Part shown: positions 1 through 8,284 of the stretch, in pieces
How positions within the stretch are numbered: position 1 is the first letter of the stretch
Layout of the letters: every line of letters starts with the position of its first letter
Source of the DNA: Paraphysomonas bandaiensis
Taxonomy: Eukaryota; Protista; Chrysophyceae
Direction: 5' to 3'
Length of the DNA: 64,000 nucleotides
Assembly (NCBI GenBank): GCA_965644295.1
Contig: CBFFRP010000201.1
Location: 1-64,000 of the forward strand
The notes under the pieces: model-generated
Databases searched by the model: none
The model's input: the letters and a program-made list of their open reading frames with translations, nothing else
Told to the model about the DNA's origin: nothing
Position numbers and translations under genes: made by a program

Positions 1-2347
1 ATGCGCAGTATCCATCACTTGGGATATGTTGTTGTGTGCGAAGGGCTGAGGGTCTGAGGGTGAGGCGATAGACTCTGCTCATGTCGCACATATGGAGCCT
101 GAGTTGTCGACGGTCCGTGGGGTTCATCTGCCGTAGTTGACGTCGAGCTCTCGGTGACAAGGAGACTGCAATTACTTCCCTCTGTTCCTGTTGCTCTCTT
201 TGCTCATGTAGCATAGATGGTACAGTTGACGGTTCAGAAGTCCAGATGATGTTGGTGCTCTGTCTGGAGGTCTGGTGTTGTAGAAAACAGGATAGCCGCT
301 CCTGAGTTCGTGTTAGAGCGTGCATGATGGAGGTGGGGATATTTGTTGCATTTAGTATGTGAAACCCATGCTGGCTGCGTATGATGTCATGGGTTACCAC
401 AGTGTTGGTAGAAGCGTGCACTGTTAGTGCCTGTCTGGAGAATGGTGATAGCTGTGCCCAACCAGGCGCCAGGTGCGGTTGAACAGCGTCCCATAGTCTG
501 TATGGTATGGAGAGAAGATCGAGTAGCAGTTGGAAATCCTCCGTGTCTAGATGTAGTCCTGTGTGTGGATTCGAGGATTCATATTGCATAAGTGTCTTAC
601 GGAGAGTGACAGTGGCTGTTGAGGGAATACCCTTTGTCAGGCAAAGGGTCCGCACATGCCTAGATACAACATGAGTGGAGTCTGCCCAGGGTTTGTTGCC
701 ATTCGCGAGATGCTGGGCAACTAGTAGGGCGCTGTGCGTGGTGTCCAATTTGTGCTCTGGTAGCGTGAATGATATCATGAGATCATAGTTGTCCGTCCTG
801 GAAGCCTTGGCTATGAATCCTTCCCATATGTCTAAACAGGCAGGGGATAGCATGTGTGCGTATATTTCTTTTAAAAGGTTTCCCTGTGGGGAGGCAGCAA
901 TAGTTTGGGTTTCATCATATCTAACCCAGTTGTTCAGCAGATCGGAGTGAAAGGGCGTGTGACCCCGGCCCTCTGTGTAGTGTAGGGGGTATGTGGCAAT
1001 ATCCTTGGGCAGTACATCCGGCCTGAGGTCAGGAGTGGTAGTGGAGAGTGAGGATGGGCCGTCTGGGGCTAATGCTGGAGTTCCCATGGTGTTCAGTTGA
1101 GTAAGGTTGGTGGTAGGTGGCTTCCGTTTGACTGGGAAATAGTCAAATAACGTTGCATACGGTGTGGTGGCATCCTTAGTGGGTAAGGGTAATGTGTGGG
1201 TGGATTTGCTAGGTCCGTCACCGCTGTTATCGGAGGAGAATTCCTTCCCCTGAAGGGCGTGGGAGGGATGGTTGATGGACCTGGCACGGTGGACTCCTTG
1301 CATTCCCTTGGAATGACATTGCAACACATTTTGGAGACGCATGATGACGAGGTCAGGAATTCTCTCGAGTAGCGCGTGTAGTTCCAACTCCACCGGGTAT
1401 TTGGTGTCCAGGAAGAAGTGATCGTTGGAGCAAAACACATCATAAGATGGAAGGAATTGAGTTTGTGGAAGGAAGGAGGAATAGTGGGTGGACCAGTACG
1501 CCCAGTAAGGGAGAGGAGATAGTTTGTCTGGGGGTTTTCTAGGAGGAGGTAGAGTGTACTGTGTGTGTGTATGACACTGCAGTGGTGTTATGAGTGTGTT
1601 GGACAGTGAGAGAGAGCTGGTGATGTGTCCAACAGTACAGGTAGACAGGTACATGGACATGGTGATGTGTCCAACAGTACAGGTAGACAGGTACATGGAC
1701 ATGGTGATGTGTCCAACAGTACAGGTAGACAGGTACATGTATATGGTGATGTGTCCAACAGCAGTAGAGGTATACACGGAATGGTATACATCCTGTAGGA
1801 CACAGTAGTACAGTAGTCGAGTATACCGTATGCGGAATACAGTGTCTATCCAATGAGATGGATGGGCTGTGGGGGTGATAGGTGAACAGGGTGAGGGGGT
1901 AGCCTGCTGGGTGGATGGACCACAGACAAACCATGTTGGGTTGGGTTGAGTGGGCGGCAGAAGGCAGCCCTGTTGCACAGTTGAGAGGGATCGAGAGTAT
2001 TCAGTGATTGCATAGGGGGTCCATGGGGGTCGTTTTCGTGAGCCTGCTCGCACGAGCCATGTTCTGAGAGGTTGTAGCCGTAGAAAGCGATGGGTGAGAC
2101 GAAGTTGTCTGCTGAGGGGATAGCACGTAGGTGCGGTCAGCGCTGCATTGGTGCAGGCACGTGGTTTAACTGAAGTAGTTGAGTAGGGTGAAGGTTGCAA
2201 GGCCAGGCAGGGGGGCTTGGAGCGTGTACAACATGGTGTGACAGGTAATTTGTCAGAAGCGTGGTGGTCAACAAAATGCAGCAGTAAGGGAGTGTAAAAG
2301 GCCCTGGGCACACTGATGTGACTCAGCCACAGTCTCAATAGAGACAT
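1..2347 (-). CDS. Partial long intron-less ORF (>=782 aa, runs off left edge); probable transposable-element polyprotein with OTU-like cysteine protease motif
   Basis: Manual translation from ATG 2347 (MSLLRLWLSH...) is stop-free to position 2. It ends ...QQHIPSDGYCA, resembling the OTU catalytic loop (I/V-x-x-D-G-x-C). The sense strand is C/A-rich and lacks introns, unlike neighbouring host genes. Absent from the ORF track, presumably because its stop lies outside the window. Confidence 0.6.
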   Translation of the reverse strand, partial: MSLLRLWLSHISVPRAFYTPLLLHFVDHHASDKLPVTPCCTRSKPPCLALQPSPYSTTSVKPRACTNAALTAPTCYPLSRQLRLTHRFLRLQPLRTWLVRAGSRKRPPWTPYAITEYSRSLSTVQQGCLLPPTQPNPTWFVCGPSTQQATPSPCSPITPTAHPSHWIDTVFRIRYTRLLYYCVLQDVYHSVYTSTAVGHITIYMYLSTCTVGHITMSMYLSTCTVGHITMSMYLSTCTVGHITSSLSLSNTLITPLQCHTHTQYTLPPPRKPPDKLSPLPYWAYWSTHYSSFLPQTQFLPSYDVFCSNDHFFLDTKYPVELELHALLERIPDLVIMRLQNVLQCHSKGMQGVHRARSINHPSHALQGKEFSSDNSGDGPSKSTHTLPLPTKDATTPYATLFDYFPVKRKPPTTNLTQLNTMGTPALAPDGPSSLSTTTPDLRPDVLPKDIATYPLHYTEGRGHTPFHSDLLNNWVRYDETQTIAASPQGNLLKEIYAHMLSPACLDIWEGFIAKASRTDNYDLMISFTLPEHKLDTTHSALLVAQHLANGNKPWADSTHVVSRHVRTLCLTKGIPSTATVTLRKTLMQYESSNPHTGLHLDTEDFQLLLDLLSIPYRLWDAVQPHLAPGWAQLSPFSRQALTVHASTNTVVTHDIIRSQHGFHILNATNIPTSIMHALTRTQERLSCFLQHQTSRQSTNIIWTSEPSTVPSMLHEQREQQEQREVIAVSLSPRARRQLRQMNPTDRRQLRLHMCDMSRVYRLTLRPSALRTQQHIPSDGYCA
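1619..1761. repeat. 42-bp tandem repeat, about 3.4 copies
   Basis: Unit GGTGATGTGTCCAACAGTACAGGTAGACAGGTACATGGACAT at 1619, 1661, 1703 and a partial copy at 1745. Encodes TVGHITMSMYLSTC repeats in the minus-strand ORF. Confidence 0.95.
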
Positions 2348-2772
2348 TGGGCTTGGAGCTGGTTAATAGAGTGAAACTTTATGTTGGACTGTATTTGCCA
2401 TCGTAGGGCAGAGAATTATTTTGTTGTTAAAAGGTACCTATTTAGGCTGTATTTATTGCAATGAAATTATAAAGAAAATACATGTGTTGACTCTACAACA
2501 ACCACATTATCTATATCAACAGGTGTTAATAAGTGAGCCTTGTACGAGACTGTTTTTCGCTGAACCATATAAAAGTAGTATGTCTTAAACGCAACAGCTT
2601 CCAGCGATGGATATGATTAGTGACAGGGCCAGTATATATTGAAAGCAGAAATATATAATAATATTTTCAAGACCAATAATGATATATATTGGGCGCTAAG
2701 AAGAAAAAAGGGCTCGATCGGTAGTATCTAGTTAGTAGAGGTTACAATATAATATGAAAACCCAATAACTAG

Positions 2773-3648
2773 TGAGACACCAACGTCTCTGATTCGATCT
2801 CAGACAACCCAAATGCCAAGCCTATATCCCGGATTTGATCCTCACTGGCATTGGCAATGGAAGGGTCTAACCCTCCAAGCATAAGCCTGAGGGTCCTTCT
2901 CACTGACTCGAATTTAGTAGACTCTTGTGCGCTATCAAGAGTCTCCTCCTCCATAATAATAACAATATAATCAAATCACAATGAACAAATATATGTCTAC
3001 AACTACAATGCTATCTACCAGCAATTTCAAGAGTAAGGAAATTGCATCTTATTATCAATAATATAAATATGTCTACCTACGATTCCGTGATCAATGGAAT
3101 GAACATCATTCATATTCAATACCAAACACATCAGTCTAACACAGTTGATCATAATAACTCATCACAACTGTATAAGGGAAGATACATTCAGTATTCTCTT
3201 TGTAGTTGAAGCCTGGTATTCGTACTCCTTAGTACAATCAATCCCCAATAAGCACTGAAGGAAATACGTAATGTATAACTGTATTACTGGATAATCTGGC
3301 AATACACATCTATCAGCGTGGATATCAAACCCGGAATTCTCCAGTAAACTTCTCCAGCCTTAAAGTCAATATATATATATAATAAGAACATATATATATA
3401 TCATCCATCATCAGTATCATCATTATGTCTCATTATTGATAATCATGTCTCTCTTTGTCTTTTGAATGATTATGTAAATATCAATAATAAGCATGAATTG
3501 TCATAGTCATAATACATCATATATCTCAGTGTGAGTTATGGTAATAATAATAATATTCAATCTATGTTTGCACAGATAGTATGTACAAACTTAAGCATAT
3601 ACAATAGAGAGCTTGTAGAATAGAATAACCTGATAGCTGGTTATTACA
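2773..3648 (-). repeat. 3' LTR (876 bp)
   Basis: Matches 12174-13049. Minus strand begins TGTAATAACC and ends GTGTCTCA. Contains a copy of the first 60 gag codons (ORF 2769-2954). Confidence 0.97.
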
Positions 3649-3660
3649 CTACCCCCTCCA
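3649..3660 (-). other. Polypurine tract (plus-strand primer)
   Basis: Minus strand TGGAGGGGGTAG lies immediately before the 3' LTR TG. Confidence 0.85.
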
Positions 3661-3703
3661 GCAGTCGCATACGCCAGTATGCGGAACGAAGTTCACTGCG
3701 AAC

Positions 3704-6700
3704 CTAAAATGGCTTCATATTAGTAGCATTTATTCGAACCTCTTTTCCTTCAATTTCAGCATCATAAAGTATTGGACTTAGTCGCCGAATAACTTTATAA
3801 GGTCCTTCAAATCTAGCTTGTAATTTGGCATTGATTTTATACAATTCCTCATCATCAGCCGATTTAAACACATTAATTGGACGTCGAATTCTGAAGAATA
3901 AGTCACCAGCATTATATTCTTTGAACTCTCGAGGTCGCCTAGATACTATATTATGTCGAAGATGATTCTTTTGAGCCTTCTTCGTTGCATAATTCCAAGC
4001 TTGTTCCAAAGAAATCAACAATTTATCTATCCATTCAGCTTCAATAGTTCCAGGTTGTAATCGAAGCTCGGAAAGTTTCGAGGACAATGTAAACTCTATA
4101 GATGGTAAACGGCATTCTCTACCGAACATCATATAATATGGAGTAAAACTTGTGCTCGAGGACACTGTAGTATTATACATCAATTGTACTGTAGGCAAAA
4201 ATGTATCCCAGTCATCCTGTAATACACCTACAAAATGGTACAACTGATCCTTCAACGTCTTGTTGTGATTCTCAACTAAACCCTGGCTCCTTGGAGTATA
4301 AGGAGTAGTGTTAATCCTTCTATACTTGAATAACTTGGATATTGCTTTGGTCAGTTTATTGACAAACTCTGTGCCTTTATCACTCACCAGTAATTCTGGT
4401 AACCCAAATGGACAAAACACATGAGTAATCAAAGCATTAGCCACTTCCAAAGGCGTCTTGTTCTTAAGAGGCATAAGCCAAACAAATTTAGTAAGGAAAT
4501 CCTTTACCACTAGAATATAACTGAAACCACTTTTGGTTTTCACCAATCTTCCTGTTAAATCAATATGTATTCGTGACAAAGGAAATTTTGCATCAGGGTA
4601 TTTCATTATTGGAATCTTTGGTCGCGTTTGATAGGTCTTACGTAATTTACAAGGTATACATTCCTCCACATGTTTCTGTACATCCTTGCGTATTGACGGC
4701 CAAAAATATCTCAATTTCAAAGTTTCAAGCATTCGTTGTGTTCCTGGATGCGTATATCCTTCATGGAAATACTTCATTAGTTGAAAACGTAACACCTGAG
4801 GGACCATAATTTGCCAATCTATTGATCCCTTGTTTTTCTGAACATGTTTTCTCAATAGTGTCTTGTGCGATGGTTCATCTGCATTCTCATGTAACTTGTA
4901 AACATGACCATCCACTTCTAACTCATGGCCAGTTTCAAAATTTGATAACTGTGATATAATCAATCCAAGTTGAGTATCATTTTCTTGGATCTGAAACATA
5001 CTCTCTCTACTCGAAGGCCACTTAATCTCCGGATCTTCTTCCGGATGATCTAATAAATATTGATCTGATAACTCCCATAATCCAGATTTTCCACATACGG
5101 CGAATGGGTGAGTATCATATCTATCCAATTTCCCTGACAAAGGCCTCCTATGACCAACCACTAACTTATGCATTTCATCATAATGTATTGAAGCAATCTC
5201 ATATTTTTGGAAATTATCGTCATCAATATACTTTCTGCCTACCAGATATTGCAATTCGTCAGCAAGTGATTGGCATTGTACTAGGTTCTCATAAGAGTAC
5301 TTCTCCAAAGCGTCGGTTTCTAGATATCGGAGAGTTCTCTCGAAATTCCTAGTATTTCGTTCCTCCATCTCAACAAGTTCCTGTATTCTGGAATTTTCTT
5401 CATCGCTGTACTTAAAGATTTTGGAATATAGTTTCTCCTGAACTTTCCGTTTTTGATCGTACACAATTAACTCAAATTCATCTTTAAAAGACACGGTAGT
5501 CTTCCGTCGAGATCCATCTAAATTCAGAATTTGATTATCTTCTGGACTAAGTTGATCACTTCTAGTACTCCAAAATTCTTTACCATAGTCAAAAAATATT
5601 TCATCCCCAGGCAAGATCTCTCTAAGAGCCATCAAAACTCCTTTAGATTTTTTCCATATCAATTTCGCATTAATCAATTGTTTGGATATCCCATCATTCG
5701 CATATCGACCTAAGCTTGAACCAGGTTCCCATCCATCAATAACAATCTTACGATGTGCTCCAGCAATCATCTGCATCCCATAATTGGAGCTTAATTGATC
5801 CACTCCTTCAGATACAACCGGACCCACATAATCACAAATCTCAACATTTGGACAGATCTGTTTGGTGGCAAAAAGTCCCCATCCTGCTCTTAGCTTTGTC
5901 GATGGAAGAATAGTACATTGATTGTAACCAGAAATTCGTCGTTCTCGAATTAACTTCATATCTTCTGACTCATCTGGATTATCCATATAGTTTGTTCGAG
6001 ATGGATGAAAGCTAGTTCGGTTCGTGTGTGCAGTTGCATGTTGTATATTCTGTCCCGAATTGCTGAATTTCATCCTTGACTCACCAGTTTCCTGAACTTC
6101 CGTGATATTCAATTCTTTAAGTAGATTCTCGACTTGGCAACTATATTGTTCTACATCGATACAAAGCTGCTTCCTTCTTTTTAATGTAGAGCCAGCAACT
6201 TTAAATCTAACTGCAGAATTTTCTAATTCTGAACTTTCCCCTAATACTCCCCCTTCCTTGACATCAGGCAAAGAAGACAACAAATCCAAATCCAGCGCAT
6301 CACAATTACAGATTTGAACCTCAAATTTGCTAGAGCAAGTATGAGTTTTCTTAATAGTTTGCGCCTCCACAACCGCTTGGCGTTTCAATTTACTCAACTG
6401 TCGTTTTGCAGCCCCCCATGATCGGATGAGGTCTGGATCCTCATTATCAACCACCGGCCCGAGATGATCGGAGAGCTCCTCCCTAGTAGCTGGCGGTACA
6501 TCCCCTATTTGCCAAAGGCGACTTAACATATCAGCAACTACATTTTCCACCCCTTTTTTGTAATGTAAAGCAAAACGATATGATTGAAGATCCATGAGGT
6601 ATCCCAGCAATCGTGGATTAAGTGTTGCAGTCACTGAATGGACCATATATTTCAGGCAATTGTGGTCAGAGTGGACTTCAAATTTACGACCACTACTCAG

Positions 6701-8284
6701 ATAAATATGCCAATGGAGAATAACATCCCTGAGGGCCTTACATTCCAAATCCGTGGCCGAGTAATTTCGTTCAGCAGGAGTTAACTTACGACTGAAATAT
6801 TCCACCGGATGGAGCTGCCCTGCGTCATCATGCTGCATGAGAACCCCACCGATACCACGCTTTGTCTTGGAAGCATCCAGGTGAATGACAAACGGTTTAG
6901 AATTATCAATGTAACGAAGCACAGGAGCCTTCCGCAGCGCCTCTTTAAGCCTCTCCATGGCATGGCCGTGTATCTCTGGGCGCCAGAGTTTCTTCACGTT
7001 GACATTTTTCTTCGTCAAGTCATACAGAGGCAACGCAACGTCTGCGTATTGAGGAATATACTGACGATAGAATGAAGTACTTCCTAAAAAACATCGAACA
7101 GCCGTAACGTCCTCTGGGTCTGCAAGATTTGTAATCGCCTCAACCTTCTTCGGATCAGGGCATCGGCCGTTTCTGGACAGAATATGTCCAAGGAACCGCA
7201 GCTCCCGATAATTAATATGAGTCTTTTCAATTTTAAATGTAAGATGACGATTTCGAAGTCTATCGTATATGGACTGCTGTGTCAGGAAATGTGCACGAAA
7301 ACCCCCAGTATGGTTAAGCACATCGTCCAGGTATGCAGAGACTTGAAACCGATCCATGTCTTCAAAAGTCTGGGCAATGACTCTACTAAAGTGTGAAGGT
7401 GCATTGACCCAGCCTTGTAACATCACCGTATACTGTAAATGAGCGTTATGAGTGCGGAATGCCGTTTTAAATCGACTATCAGCGTCAAGCTCCACACAGA
7501 AAAATGCATCAGCAATATCGCCCGCTGAAAACCGGTCAGTTCCCACAGGAATGCTATCTAGCAAGTCATCAATCCTGGGAAGTGGAAAAATATCTACCTT
7601 AGTTTTCTGATTGAGCGATCGGACATCTGAACACATCCGAAAAAATGTGGCCACTTCAGGCCAGTTAACCTTTTTGAAGATTTCTAAATGTGCCGTGTCT
7701 CCCCATTTATCTAAAAATTTCTGAATACGGTCATGATAAGGAACCAGAACTAAACCATGGCTCCAATCACTGTTTGAGGGTTGAAGCTTTTTCTGACGAA
7801 GCATCATACCAGTTTTAGCCTCTAAAAATGCTTGTTGCAATAAAGAATATTTCCGAGGTCGCGCCCGAACCGGAACTTCATCAGTAGTTTCAATACTCAC
7901 TTTATAATCCTTAATCCGTGGAGGGTTATCGGGATCAGGAAAACAGAAAACATCAATATTGGCCAAAGCTTGAGCCAAAAAATAATCACGTTCATTATGA
8001 TGTGAAGCTATAGTATCCGCGTCGATAGAAATCTCCCCTTGCAACGAGACTGCTTCATCATCCTTATATATATCCAGCTTAGTTAAAATCAGTTCAATAC
8101 ACTCTTGAAGACGGTCAGGAGTGTACTTGTCAAATCGTGGTTGAACTGAATTTCGCTGACACAAATCCACTAAATTCCATAATTCCACAGGGAATGACTC
8201 CGGTCGTGGACAATCCGAAGTCGTATCGGCTATGTTAACAGGCGGTGGCTCCGGAGGTGGCCGATTCACCTCTTTGCCGTCAAC
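3704..8284 (-). CDS. pol: Pol: reverse transcriptase, RNase H, SET domain, integrase
   Basis: RT: RMCSDVRSLN, FPLPRIDD, YLDD at 7322-7333, FLGH. RNase H: HLDAS, ERNYSATDLE, SDH, NVVADMLSR. SET at 5570-5917. Integrase: HEGYTH...CIPC, IHIDL, SDKG, GLVEN, GPY. The frame is open from 8284, directly after the gag stop; the track start (8269) is a GTG. Confidence 0.95.
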   Translation of the reverse strand, partial: VDGKEVNRPPPEPPPVNIADTTSDCPRPESFPVELWNLVDLCQRNSVQPRFDKYTPDRLQECIELILTKLDIYKDDEAVSLQGEISIDADTIASHHNERDYFLAQALANIDVFCFPDPDNPPRIKDYKVSIETTDEVPVRARPRKYSLLQQAFLEAKTGMMLRQKKLQPSNSDWSHGLVLVPYHDRIQKFLDKWGDTAHLEIFKKVNWPEVATFFRMCSDVRSLNQKTKVDIFPLPRIDDLLDSIPVGTDRFSAGDIADAFFCVELDADSRFKTAFRTHNAHLQYTVMLQGWVNAPSHFSRVIAQTFEDMDRFQVSAYLDDVLNHTGGFRAHFLTQQSIYDRLRNRHLTFKIEKTHINYRELRFLGHILSRNGRCPDPKKVEAITNLADPEDVTAVRCFLGSTSFYRQYIPQYADVALPLYDLTKKNVNVKKLWRPEIHGHAMERLKEALRKAPVLRYIDNSKPFVIHLDASKTKRGIGGVLMQHDDAGQLHPVEYFSRKLTPAERNYSATDLECKALRDVILHWHIYLSSGRKFEVHSDHNCLKYMVHSVTATLNPRLLGYLMDLQSYRFALHYKKGVENVVADMLSRLWQIGDVPPATREELSDHLGPVVDNEDPDLIRSWGAAKRQLSKLKRQAVVEAQTIKKTHTCSSKFEVQICNCDALDLDLLSSLPDVKEGGVLGESSELENSAVRFKVAGSTLKRRKQLCIDVEQYSCQVENLLKELNITEVQETGESRMKFSNSGQNIQHATAHTNRTSFHPSRTNYMDNPDESEDMKLIRERRISGYNQCTILPSTKLRAGWGLFATKQICPNVEICDYVGPVVSEGVDQLSSNYGMQMIAGAHRKIVIDGWEPGSSLGRYANDGISKQLINAKLIWKKSKGVLMALREILPGDEIFFDYGKEFWSTRSDQLSPEDNQILNLDGSRRKTTVSFKDEFELIVYDQKRKVQEKLYSKIFKYSDEENSRIQELVEMEERNTRNFERTLRYLETDALEKYSYENLVQCQSLADELQYLVGRKYIDDDNFQKYEIASIHYDEMHKLVVGHRRPLSGKLDRYDTHPFAVCGKSGLWELSDQYLLDHPEEDPEIKWPSSRESMFQIQENDTQLGLIISQLSNFETGHELEVDGHVYKLHENADEPSHKTLLRKHVQKNKGSIDWQIMVPQVLRFQLMKYFHEGYTHPGTQRMLETLKLRYFWPSIRKDVQKHVEECIPCKLRKTYQTRPKIPIMKYPDAKFPLSRIHIDLTGRLVKTKSGFSYILVVKDFLTKFVWLMPLKNKTPLEVANALITHVFCPFGLPELLVSDKGTEFVNKLTKAISKLFKYRRINTTPYTPRSQGLVENHNKTLKDQLYHFVGVLQDDWDTFLPTVQLMYNTTVSSSTSFTPYYMMFGRECRLPSIEFTLSSKLSELRLQPGTIEAEWIDKLLISLEQAWNYATKKAQKNHLRHNIVSRRPREFKEYNAGDLFFRIRRPINVFKSADDEELYKINAKLQARFEGPYKVIRRLSPILYDAEIEGKEVRINATNMKPF
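5570..5917 (-). other. SET domain within Pol
   Basis: AGWGLFATKQI...EICDYVG...IDG...SLGRYAND...NA...ALREILPGDEIFFDYGKEFW matches SET motifs I (GxG), II (YxG), III (RxxNH, here RYAND) and IV (ELxF/YDY). Confidence 0.9.

Noticed and set aside
1539-1934. Repetitive ORFs in the track (131, 71, 72 aa) or a CRISPR-like array
   Set aside because: These are alternative frames of a 42-bp tandem repeat with no unique spacers, in a eukaryotic context.
2769-2954. 61-aa ORF as an independent gene
   Set aside because: It is the LTR copy of the gag 5' end, terminated by the TSD.
3704-3900. Integrase C-terminal chromodomain
   Set aside because: Pol ends about 30 aa after the GPY motif, leaving no room for one.
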